Position numbers and translations under genes: made by a program. A DNA stretch of 64,000 nucleotides, taken from assembly GCA_037379345.1 (NCBI GenBank), contig CM074519.1:18254103-18318102 (forward strand). The letters are read 5' to 3'. The stretch's first letter is position 1, and each line of letters starts with the position of its first letter. The notes under the pieces are model-generated. The model saw only the letters and a program-made list of their open reading frames with translations, did not search any database and was not told the origin of the DNA. This document shows positions 50,486-62,824 of this stretch, one piece after another. This stretch comes from Perna viridis (taxonomy: Eukaryota).

Positions 50486-50870
50486 TATTTCCTTTATAAC
50501 AATTTGAGTATATTTTTAACCCTGACAAATCAAACACTTGTCTAAACTGAACTGATTTTAGAGTGTATAAGGAGTTTGTTTTAGACAGGTTTTTCCTGTA
50601 TATATATTTTTAATCTATTGTCCTAATATAAGATGGAGGTCAAAATTGATTACCTGATTACTGAAAACATATTAATTTTCGTGGTTACTAATTTTTGCAG
50701 ATTCTGTTAAATAAACATATTCATGGGTATCGATTTTTTCCGTATCAAAAGATGGTTAGGCATATATAGTGTTAACAATTCATTTGCGGGTACTATTTAT
50801 CATGATTTTCTGTTCACCACAAAAATTGGTACACCTTGAAAATATGTTTACAGTGATTACATTTATATAC

Positions 50871-51373
50871 CAGGGTGATCTTATGGTAGTGATGCTCCCT
50901 TCAAGTGTGGGAGTTTTTGGGTTAAATTCTCAGCCAAGTCATACCAAAACTTAAAAATATGTAGCCACTATTTCTTTACCTCCAAGCATGCACAATGAAG
51001 GAGATAGGGTGATGATGTGGTGGCCTGAAGTCAGATAATGTGCTTAAATAGGGCGACATGCCTACCCATGTGTAGTTTCTTTCGTGCACTAGCACCACAT
51101 AAATGTTTAGAAAAATTATAGTAAACAGTTAAGCATGTTCACAATGCCCATCATAGCCACATATGCATACTTTATAAAAGTCAATTCCTTATGCCATAAA
51201 AGAGCATCCACGATAAGATAAGGAAATGCAATCTGACCAAGGGAGCACTGAAAAATCCAGCTCAGGATACCGGAATAGTACAAAGCAGAGTCTATTTGAC
51301 TGATGAAACTTTCTTGTCCTGAAATTCATGCAGTATCTGGCATAGGATTTTGCACCACAATCAATCAATCAAT
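50871..51373 (+). mobile_element. Near full-length tRNA-derived SINE (Meta-domain type as known from bivalves)
   Basis: Degenerate tRNA head, gtcataccaaaacttaaaaat Meta-like core, gataatgtg...gggcgacatg...ctagcac...tagtacaaagc body, (caat)n tail. Confidence 0.7.
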
Positions 51374-54300
51374 TTAAGCCGAAATACTGAAATTTTTTAA
51401 AAAAATTCTGACAATATCATTTGTACCTTATAAGGGGAGATAATTTGTTAGGAATGGATTATAGTATTTTGACATTTGACAGTACATGTATATATTTTAT
51501 TATTTCAACAGATGTTTTCTCATATTGATTTTATGTTCCAATGATAAAAATGATAGAAATCTATTTTTAATTTAAAACTGAAGGCTTTCTTGAAAATGTT
51601 AATGTTGTTTAATTAGTCTTATCAATCAATTCAAAAATGACTCCCTAATAACAATATCTGACCAAACAAAACTTTTTTATAATTTGTTTTTAATTGTTCT
51701 GTTGATCTGAAAAGTTTCAAGTTAACTGGTGCAAAACTGATGCCAGTCCACATATTTCTCAGAAGTACTTTTGATGTATAATATACCGGTTGAGTTGACA
51801 TTTGATTTGACAACAAAAAACATGTCTTTTGCATAGTTATTTAACCTATCTTAAGTGGGTCCTATGGACATGACTTTGTCACTGTTCATGACACAGTATT
51901 ACACTTATACAACATACATGTACCTCACGTAACATGCTGCCACATACACTGTGGTAGATTTGTCACAGGACAATAAATCTGATAGATTTATACTGATGTT
52001 TCATCATGTAACTGTTTGATTTGACCTAAAACCTACATAAACTTGTAATGAGTCTTGTTTGATGATGCAATGCTTCCAAATCAAAGGTGTTCATGAGTGA
52101 TTTACTCATAAAATATAGGAGATACCATGAATGGCAGTTTAACTGTATTATTACAGGGCCGTACCATGTTTTCTAAATTGGTGTGCAAAGTGATCACTGA
52201 TTAGCAATTTTGCTTGGTTGTCTGGTATGATTTCTCTTTAATCACAGGCTAAGATTTAAATCAAAGTGTTTTTTTTTTTGTTTTGTTTTTTCAAAAGGGG
52301 GTTCGATCACACCCGTCGCACCCCCCTGGCTACAGCCTTATGTTATCTCGTCTTTTAGTTTTCTTTACACATTTTGAACTAGTTTTTTTTTCCTTGTTTT
52401 TCCCCTTTATTTTTATCTATAAGTCTTAGATTTTGTGCTTTGGATTTTACTTAAACTTCTGTTACCTTAATGAATATAAAGAGGGCAATCATAGATTTGA
52501 TGGTCACAAATTACTGCTTACTGCATGACTTAAAATGACATACTAATTAAACTCAATTTGCAACTGTTTGATATATGATTACAAATTGTAATTTTAACAT
52601 CTGATCCGCTACGAAAAAATGTATACCATCCATCAAAAGTTGCTCTCTATGGATATTACAAGGAATGTTGCCTTAAAATTTCATTTTCAACTCATTTCTT
52701 GGATTGTGTTGATGGTCACAGACAGTGGTATACTGCATGACTCCACTGTTGCCAGTAACCTCAATGTGCAACTGTCTAATACATGATCTCCACTCAGAAT
52801 CTTGGGTAATTTCCATTCTGATGCAACTGTCAAATAAAACTGAAAACTGCAATTAAAATCTTAAAAATAGCAATGGTAAAAAACATTGGCCACCAATTCA
52901 GATGTTACAGGGAATATCTATGTGTCCTTAGAATTCCATTTTCAACTCCATTTACAGAGAAACAAGTAACCATAGTAACCAAATATACAGACAATGGGTT
53001 GCCTTTGGCTGACATTTCCATCCCGGTAGGGTTGTTGTCTTTTTGACATATACACTATACTTATTCTCGTTACATGTTACTCCAGCAGTGCTAAAGGTTG
53101 TCTGGCAAGCTATTTTCTGACTTGGTGCCATCATTGGGTTATACAGGCACAGAATTTCAGGACGTTGTAGGAGTAATTACATGTATGTCTAAAAATCGTT
53201 ATTTTAATGTTTAGATTCTCTTATACTTTGGTGTTAAAGCTATGAATGAACATTTCTTAAAAATATTCAAAACTGTCAAAGGCTTAAAAAACATATTCCT
53301 ATACTTCGACCAATATGACAATATTATTCATGCATAAAATGTACATGCATATTAAAAGCTGATTTAAGAGCCAGACAATTCATCTGTCAAATTTTGATAC
53401 TGTTTCCATGGAAACATGAATACAAATTCATTTTTTCTGAACTTGAGCTTGAAAGTTATGCAACTTTTCATCAGAACATAAAACATTGTCTGTTTTTTGT
53501 TGTTGTTTTCTCAGTTAATCATGACACATGTATTAAACTTTTCATTGAAGGAAATACCCTTTTTTGTTAGGATCAAATTTTGTGCTTTCTCTGGAGACTG
53601 AAATTGAGCAAACATTCAGTTGAGGCCCTTGAAAATCTTGCTTATTTATCTTAAGATTCTCCTCAGTTTTGAAGTAGTTTCAATTTTTTTATACTCAGGT
53701 AGAGCAGGATAAAACAAAACACTTTTTTGACATAAAAGTAAATTTTTGAATAGAAATTCAATTATTTTGTATTTTTCACGGAAAATATAGTACATGTACA
53801 TGTAATTTTAACCAAAAAAACTCCCACAAATCTGTTCCCTAAATGTGGAAGGGGTTAACAGGTATATAAAGATGTAGTTCCAATCGAGAGTTACGCCGTA
53901 AAATATCAAATCTCATTTCAGACTTTTTTTCAAAATCCATGCATGTGTAATATGGTGACATTGTGGCAGAAAAAGGGACATATTTATGAAGTGATTAGAA
54001 AGCTGTTTAATCATAAGTAATCGGTCATTAATCTGTCATCTGTTCAATATCTGATCGATGTAATACCAGCCCCCCGAGGGGTCAGGTCACTGTGAAACAT
54101 TAACATATTTTTTTGTACTTTAATGCCCTACTAGTGCAAAATGGGGATTAGCAAATTTGGGTGTAGATTTTTGGTAAGATAAAATAATTATGGTCAAGAA
54201 TTTTATTGTTTGATGTTTATGTAACTATATGCCATGTCCTGTTTTGGCAAATGCTAATTTAGAAAGTGCATGCTGTATATATTCAAAAAAGTGTCTTAAA

Positions 54301-55349
54301 AGTGTGTTTTTATTATTTTGAAAAAGGAGTGAAGAAGGTATTACCTAATGTCATGCTCAATCATTTTTTGTTTTAGTTGTAAATTAAAGTTTTTGCACAT
54401 TAGCATGTTCTTAATAGTACATTAGGTTCAATTTGTGCATAAAGTTAGCCTTGCACTATTACACAAAGTAAACGCCTTTAGTACTGTGGTCATATGCATC
54501 CTAAAATGTAGAATATTTGTCAAGATAAAAGAGATCTTTTTCTACAATGAAGCTTTCCTTGATATAGAACTGTAGTATAGGGCAGCAATTTACATAATGT
54601 GTGAACCGTAGTAAAAATTCTACAGAATTCCTGCAGGACAGTTGAATAATGTAACCGCAAGTTTTTTTTCCTGTTACTTTTTTAACATACATGGAATATG
54701 AAAAATTCTACTGTAATAATTCTGTATTTTCCTGCACATAGATTCCTGTAATTAATATGATTTTCAATTCAAGTCCCTCTCTCAATTGTCCCAAGTCTGA
54801 AGTGTCAGTTTTTGGTCAAGATTCTTTAGCTGTTTTAGGACTGAAGTACTTTTAACTGGAAATGAGAGATGGCTAGGCAAGTTTCACTTACACAGCTGAA
54901 ACCTATTGAATCCAATTGCTTGATTAAGTAATCCACTACTTCCACCATTCAGGCACTAAACTCTCATTGATGATTTCCAGGTACAATCTAACACTTATTT
55001 TGATTCTGTCCTCCCAGAACCATTTAGATGATGACCTGAAGAAATTGATAGAAAGTTTTATATCTCTGGGCATGCTCTGGCCCATAATGACAGTTGACAC
55101 ATTCCATTTGTGGCCTATAAATCTTTGATCTGCTTGATAATTAGGTTCATTTACAGATTATTATGGTTATATTATTGTTAAATTGTTATTTCTACGGGAG
55201 ATAACTCTTTGTGGTTTTATTATTGTTATTTTAAACTGATTGGCTAGCTGATAATCTAAAATCAATGTCATAAGATGGTCAAAGTAATTAAATTTTAAAT
55301 CTATGTAAACATGAAATCTCTTTCAACTTACAAATGGTTTCACCAATGA

Positions 55350-55850
55350 CTTCTATGATTGTTGATCTGTGGTCTACATTTTGTGGTTATGCAGGACCTG
55401 GTCAGATATGTAGTCCAGTTCAATTACATCATTGCAGGCTTTACTCTGGGCCTGTAATCAATATTTTTATGGTTATGCAGATTTGTTTCATACCAATAGC
55501 CCAGGTATTGTTGATTATGCAAGATTTGTTCTGATCTATGGTCCTCATTTCATGGATATAAAGGAGGTATTTTGAACTGTAGACTGTGGTCCACATTACC
55601 ATTGTTTATGAAGGAGTTGTACTGAATCTGTGATCTACATTTCTATGGTTATTAAGAGGTTGTTATGAAGGAGTTGTATTGGACCTGTGGTCTGTGTTTC
55701 TATGGTTATTTAGAGGTTGTTATGGAGGAGGTATATTGACCTGTGGTCAACATTACTATGGTTATAAAGAATATTAAGAGGTTGTTAAAGAGGAGTTGTA
55801 TTTGACCTGAGGTCATAATATTGCCATGATTTGAAGCATTATGTTATACC
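55350..55850. repeat. Degenerate tandem repeat (about 45-60 bp units)
   Basis: Recurring ctgtggtctacatttctatggttat...gaggttgttatgaaggagttgta. Confidence 0.75.
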
Positions 55851-56058
55851 TAAGGTCTTCCTTGTTATGGATATGAAGAATCCATTCTTGACTTTTATAG
55901 TTCCGCAGGATACAATTTTCAGAACTGACTGAACCATTGTGTTCTAGGTTTAGGTTTATGGTATAATTAAATCATACAATGCAGTAAGTGAAGCATATAG
56001 AGAACAACTACTACAAGGGTACACTGGTTTCTTGATATTGATATGGATCAGGGATAAT

Positions 56059-56439
56059 TACTGTAAACATACTAATTTTTGTGGATTCTATCAAGTGAAC
56101 ATTTTTATGGTTTCAAAAAATGATAAGTGTTCTGTAGTGTTAAAAATTAATTCCAAGCGTACTTTTTATATGCTTTTCTGTCCGCCACAAAAAAAGCAGA
56201 AATAATTACTGTGAAAGTACTGTTATTCGTGGGTTACCAATTTTTTCGAGGTTTTAGTTGGTGGGCCAAACCACGAAATTTAATTGCCAACAATAAGGAG
56301 ATTTCCATTGATATTTATAGAAAAAAAATCAAAACCACAAATTCAAAAATCTTCTGTTTCTTCCCTAATCCACGATAATTGGTATCCACGAATTAAAGTA
56401 CTTTTACAGTACACAGCGAAAATTAATACCTATACAGTA
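56059..56439. mobile_element. Family A MITE with nested family B MITE (56209-56409)
   Basis: Inner TA|ctgtgaaagtac...gtacttttacag|TA splits the host's aaaattagTAcaccgc region, which is intact in the 22976 copy. Confidence 0.85.
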
Positions 56440-56984
56440 TTACCAGTTTGGCTGTATTTGAGCAATAACAAAACAAAAAACAATATACAAGGAAGCAAAC
56501 ACTTAGTGGAATTTCATTCAATAATTTTTCTTAAAACTTCACATGTTCCACATCAAGAAAAATAACTTGACAATTGTGAAATAAACAAATAAATTCCAGT
56601 CAATTTACATGAATTTTTTCGTCAACAAATATGTCAAGCATTTTATTTACAATGTCAACTGTCACATCTGACAAGATATAAACACGAATAAGATGTTCTC
56701 GTCCACGTAACTCGTCGGAAACATGTCTTTAATTAGGGTATTAATGGATGACCATACAAAGCCGAACGTTGTCATTTTGTTGACCATTTATGGCGAAGAA
56801 TACTGTCATTTCATTGGTCATTTATGGCAGAGGCTTTATTGTTGAAAGAGAGCCTGAGGGAATGTTTAGTCCAATGTTTAATAAATTGTCTCAGTAAAAT
56901 TTGTACTGTTACTACAATGAATTCTCAAAATAGCACTGCCAAAGAGAATTAATCATCTCTAAAAAGAACTGACCTTTTCATATG

Positions 56985-57270
56985 GTCCTTTTTCACCACA
57001 AAAAAAAATCGTAAGTGTAAAATTAGAAAAGTGATATATGATGTCATAGAAGATCAAAGTATTGAGACTCCATTACTTACAACTGATTTTACTCTTATGA
57101 TTTTTTGTGAAAATTACGGACCACTGGTCCATATAACGTAAAATCTTAAGAGTGAAATTAGTTATAAGTTATTAGTTATAAGTTATGACGTCATAATAGA
57201 AAATGGCATTGTATTGTCATCGCCCAAGATTAATTTTATGCTTACGACTTCTTGTGAAAAAGAATCCAGT
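56985..57270. mobile_element. MITE remnant(s)
   Basis: tttcac..tcgtaagtgtaaaatta pairs with taattttatgcttacgacttcttgtgaaa. Confidence 0.6.
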
Positions 57271-58690
57271 GCACTTTTTCACTGGAAAATAAGGCACATG
57301 GTTTACTTCTTACTTTTGGTTTAGAAGTCAAGAATGTTTCACAAAAAAAATGTAGATCATGGTGTGTCAAGGTCACTAATACTAATTATAGATATATATA
57401 TATTATGGTCTCTTTAATAGTGGCACAGTTTAACATTTCCCCATAATTTACCAACAGGTGTAAAATTTGTAAACAAACTCACTCAAGAAAAAATTCAAAA
57501 TCTGATAAAAATGATAAATTTTCTTGGCGCTGGGCCATCTTCCCTTTGTTATATATGTTTACTATATCATCCTTATTTAAGTATAGCTCCACCCAAGAAC
57601 CTTGCTGACAGTGGTTTATCACCTATTTACAGCCAGATGTGTTTCAAAATCTCTTTAAATAACCCCTGCAAAGTGTGTTTCCATTAGGAATGCTGTATTT
57701 TGTGAGATATGTTTGACTGGCTACAGTGTAAAATGAGCTGGAAGTTTTTAGCATGAATTTTCCAGAAATTTATCATTGTGGAACTAAATTGAAATTTAGC
57801 TGTAAATATCTGCTTAACTCAATTTTCATTGACATTTTGATTGTTAACATTGTCTATTAGGAATTCTGAAGGTTTTCCAGTCAAAATAATTTTGTCATAA
57901 AGATATGCATGAATCCTTAATTATCGGCTTATGCATAATTCTTAGATGGACCTGTACTTAAAACTGTTTTAACCATGACAAAACTATTAGAGCTATGCCC
58001 ATTATACACCAAAATAACAATTATGATTGTAGGAATTGTGTTTTAAGATGTTGAATACCAGTCTATGTGGTTATTAAATGTAAACCATAACAAAGCGACC
58101 CAGCATGGACATTGAAGGCTTATATGGTCTACAGAAAGTGCAGTTGTGCTTTTATGGTGTTTAGATTAAGAATTTGGGTTTGTAGGGCAGTGTTCTGAAT
58201 GATGAACAAAACTTTGAAATTATACTACTTTGTTTAGGTATAGGGCTTGATACTTTGAGCATAGACATTCAGGGGCCAATTTTTTCTACATTCCCAGTCA
58301 TGAAATATCTACTAAATAACCTCCACATGATTTGAAACAAACAAAAAATAGCAGTTTAAGATGTCTGGACACAAAATTCACACATGGAATGTTTATCCCA
58401 AACTTAGTGGAAAAATTTTCAGGTTAAATGTGCTTTTACAATTAAGGCAACAATAACATTCTTTTGGTTCTTGATATCTATGCCTGGGGCAAATTACAAT
58501 AATTTTTTGTCTGCATGTCTGTTCACCTATCCATTTATTTCTGTCATCAAGGCTTGGCACCACATAATTGCTCTCAGCACTACCTCAAGTACTAATTGAC
58601 TGGGTGCATCTTACTTCTTTGTCTGTTTATCTTTCCATTTCCATATGCTTTGGAGGTTAATTTTTACTTTTATATTTTTTAACTTCTCAG

Positions 58691-58784
58691 GAGGAAGATG
58701 AGTTTATAGGATTTGCCTCCCTTCCTGACCAGGTCCACAGAAAGGCTGTGAGGAGAGGATTTGATTTCAGTCTTATGGTGCTAG
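58691..58784 (+). CDS. Septin gene 2 (SEPT2-group, Sep4/SEPT4/5-like), first common core exon
   Basis: ttctcag acceptor (phase 0), G|gtgagt donor. [31 protein letters not shown](G) contains the alpha0/polybasic region of group-2B septins. Confidence 0.95.
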
Positions 58785-60499
58785 GTGAGTAGCATCTAAA
58801 GTATGCTTTAATATGAAAGTGCTTGCCCTTTCCAAAATGCAACCATGGTTGATCATGGTTGTCATCATTGATGGTTTGAAGTGTTTTGCACCATTGTCAA
58901 CCATGGTAACTATAGGTGACCATGGTTAACTATGTTTTAACCCATGTTTGAATATTCAAAATGGCAGGTGTTGATAGCAGATAATTATTGTAGTTTATTC
59001 TCTTGATTTAGACAGACTTTAAAGAGAAAATAACATCTATGTACATGTATTAGCAAAAAGAAGCAAGATTGATTTCAGTAAGAAAAAAAAATTGTACTGG
59101 GATGGTTTATTGCAAAATATATGTTATATTCTGTCTTATATATATACTGCTATTTCATGTTAATATCATTTTTGTTCCTCTCCATGAAAATAATCGTGTT
59201 TTAATTTATATTATTTCTAAAATAAAGATTTCTAAGCATTTTATAAACTGTAACAATAGACTTTCTCTTCTTTTTACTGATTTACACATCTGATTAAAAA
59301 TTCTGTTAATGTAATTGAAAATGTTACAGAGTAGATTTTTAGTCTTAGCATCTACCAGCATTGTACCTAATAAGGATTCATTAGATTTCCTTTCTTGAGA
59401 GAAGAGAACTTATATATAATACTTAGCAACCAAGTTCTGCTAGAATCCCATTGGTATAGAATTTACTGGTCTAATTTGGCAGATTTAGAACACTCCAATG
59501 TATTCCATTCAGTTATATAACTTACGTAGAACACCTATAAACAGTTAAGCCAGGCTTTATTGTTGTTTTATCGATTCCGCTAGATGTAAGGCTGAATGTG
59601 TCATTAAGATTACACCAATTGATATGTTTCTGAATACAAATGAATGTAAATTATGTATTTTTACATTCCTTAGTCATACAGCAATAAGACAGATTTCTTG
59701 TCATCCATTGTACTGGTAATTCTCAGAGATGCAAAAGTTTGATCTGAAGCCTTGATCCTTATGTATGGGTTTTTTTATGGATGCATTTTTATGTGCATTG
59801 TTCTTGAATTATTTGCATGTGTAACATTGCTAGGAATATTTTATTGCTCTTTTAGTGGGCTGTTAATATAGGATTATTGCAATAACTAGATGAGGTCATA
59901 ATCATCATCATTGCAAAAGCACTAGGTATAGTAAGTACTGTAAAAAGATCTACCTCGTTTATATCCCACCACATGAAGTGGCAGAGTATTTAGGTATGTG
60001 AACACCTCCAAGATGAAAACTTGAGAACGGATAAATGAATTTTTTTTAAAACTTTGTACAGTTGTTTAGTACCATGAAATACAGGCTTAGTTCAATTTTC
60101 AGCAAACTCTGAAATTTTTTTTTTTCAAGGCCATTTTGAAAATTTTGCCATCTCCCACTTTTCACCATTACATGGCAGGGTATCAGTTAATGTTCCAGTG
60201 AAGCCCAGTTTTTCATATCTTGGATTAAAACTATAATAGTATGTGCCCCCCCCCCCTAAACTGCAATATATGAGATGTCCAATACTTGTAAATAATGTCA
60301 ATGTCTTTGAGTTGTGTAGAACTATATTCTCAAATGTTTATGAAAGGCAGAGGTGGATTCAGGCAGGGGCATGGACAATATCAGCTTCCTATTTCAGGGG
60401 TCTTTGCCAATTTTCAGTATGTGGAGTATGTGGATTCAAAGGGAAAATTTTCATTAATGGTGCAGTATATTGAATTTACCAATTGGCTTTTTTTTGTAG

Positions 60500-60586
60500 G
60501 TGACTCAGGTTTAGGAAAGTCTACACTCATAAACAGTTTGTTCCTTACTGATCTCTATAAAGACAGACAAGTGCTTGGTACTGCAG
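60500..60586 (+). CDS. Septin gene 2 exon with G1 P-loop
   Basis: ttttgtag acceptor, CAG|gtaatg donor, phase 1-1. [29 protein letters not shown]. Confidence 0.97.
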
Positions 60587-61528
60587 GTAATGACTGAAGC
60601 AAGTTTGTATCCCTACCAACTTTGGTTCTTTATTTATTGTCTTCTGCATACAAAAACGAGGCTCTGCATAGTACAGTGAAACTTGTCTAAAATGAACGCT
60701 TAGAATCTGAAAACCAGTCTACACCAGACACATTTCAAATTGCTTCGTATCACTTAAGTAGCAGTCTTTCTGAAAATCAGACAGAAGGTGATTGCAATAG
60801 TAATGTTAGAAATTTCATTTTATTTAGATTCTAAGTCAGACATACCTTTTGCTGTAGGAAGACAGTGCAGTTTTTTTTTTCTAAATTTCTTGTGGCAGTT
60901 TTATTGTGGCAAAAGTAAAGTATCTTTTTTGGTCATAACTAAATGACAAAATTACAATTTTATATGCAGCGATTTCTTAATTTATAATGTTTCTATCAAT
61001 GTATCAAAACAATCATGAATTAGAATAGAAATAGAAAATTAACCATAATATAACATGAAATAAAACATTAATGAAGATGGACTATTTAGTCTACTTAATG
61101 ATACAAAAACTTATCATTGTGATTGTAGAATCAATTAGCCATTGAAATGTACATCTACTTCATTTATATATAGAGATAAAAGCAGTGCACTGTCTTGACA
61201 TATTACTTCAACATGGTTGAGGCTTTGAATTGTGGGAAAATGAGAGGCTGTGTTGAGCATTTTCATTGTTTCAAACCAAATTTGTATATTAATTTTGTTT
61301 TCAAGTCAGTGCTCTGTTATTCTCTTTATACTTCAAAAAAAAGAAAGAAAAGAAGAAATAACATTTTGGGCAAGAAAAACAATGTTTTATTTAAAGCAGG
61401 CGACTTCCTAGCAACTTCGATATACTGTAACGTTTATATGTCAGAACAGAAAATTATGGATGGTCATTCATCTATCATTAAAAAAGATATTTTTAAATGC
61501 TGATAATATGAATCTCAAATTCAACTTC

Positions 61529-62166
61529 ATATCAGCCTCATATCTTGACCTCCACTTAGATATGGATGGTAAAGAAAAAGTATTGACCAAACTTTACGAC
61601 AAACGTGATGACTTTTCATTCAGAATTATCAACTTTCCTTTCATCTGTGGCAACATCCCTTCAGCACCTGTGTATGGAGTGTTCATATCACAACTCATAC
61701 GTTATGCCAGAGCTTGCCGAAACTTCAGAGACTTTTTGTATTGCTCTAGAACTCTAACAAATAGGCTTCTGGAACAGGGTTATGTTGCTACAAGATTGAA
61801 GTCATCACTACAGAAGTTTTACGGTCATCATCATGAACTTGTATCCATCTGCACCATGAAAACTGATTTATTCATGGGTCGTAGTTTTCCTTTCCTCGTT
61901 TGTCTATCCCGGACTTGACTTTTTATGAGCAACTCAGCGGTGTTTCTGGACAAGCAGAGGGCGCTTACCCTACCAGTGCACCTGGTCCATGCTCCCAGTT
62001 TTTAGTGGAGTCCAAGTTGCTCATTTGCTTTTGTTACTTTGTATGTATGATTTTAGTTACTTTATGTTCTTTGTTGTGTAATTCTATTTTCCATGTCTGG
62101 TCTTTGTCCTTGGATTACATTCTTTTGATTACCTCTATAACCTGGGTTCCCTTGATTACTCTTTCA
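61529..62166 (+). mobile_element. 5'-truncated Penelope-like retroelement (RT C-terminus/thumb plus 3' region) in an intron of septin gene 2
   Basis: SASYLDLHL...TKLYDKRDDFSFRIINFPFICGNIPSAPVYGVFISQLIRYARAC...LLEQGY...LKSSLQKFYG is a typical PLE RT C-terminus. No endonuclease follows. Confidence 0.85.
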
Positions 62167-62700
62167 TAAACTGAAGAAAATCAGAAATTTCATCAGATTT
62201 TTGAAAGACAAGCATTCTCAGTAACTATTTATTAATTTAAGGAGGTAAACCTAGGGTAAGGGATATAACTCTTGAAACCAGGAATATGTTTGTATCATAT
62301 TCAATTTCATCAAAGCCTATCAAGCTTTCATTTTCAAACAGAATGAAATCAGAACAAGTTACTTAGATGCTTATACGAGATTGATGTAAAATGCTGAATG
62401 CAAACATTCCATTGATTTGTAAATGTTGTGTCCCTTACCTTAGGTCTACCTCCGTACATTGGGAGATTACTCAAATTCATATAGAATTAAGACTAGTGGT
62501 CGATTTCATAAAAATTGAAAATATATAAAAAATCAGTGGTATTAAAGTAAAGATGTCACAATACGTTTTCTATAATGATGTAACTTACCAGAAGGTTTAC
62601 ACTTAAGAATGTTTACAAAATCGATGGCATTTTCCCATTTGAAAGACTATTGATGGTATGATACAATGTAGGTATAAAAAAATATTAAACTTCTCTTTAG

Positions 62701-62824
62701 ATTTGGTAGAGAGGACTGTAACTACAGAGAAGAAACAGTTGGAGATAGAGGAGAGAGGGGTCAAGGTCAGACTGACGATCGTAGATACTCCAGGGTTCAA
62801 TGATGCAGTTAATGCTGACGAAAG
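62701..62824 (+). CDS. Septin gene 2 exon with switch I and G3
   Basis: ctctttag acceptor, AG|gtatgg donor, phase 1-2. [41 protein letters not shown]. Confidence 0.96.

Noticed and set aside
50871-50945. tRNA genes at the SINE heads (also about 11250-11310)
   Set aside because: The A/B boxes are degenerate, there is no cloverleaf, and the sequence continues into the SINE body.
56982-57016. ATG...ATC|GTAAGT as another first exon
   Set aside because: The exit is phase 2, incompatible with 58691, and the GTAAGT is part of a MITE terminal inverted repeat.
61900-62169. Hydrophobic ORFs 61900-62169 and 26946-27158 as membrane proteins
   Set aside because: They are translations of the T-rich 3' region of the Penelope-like element.
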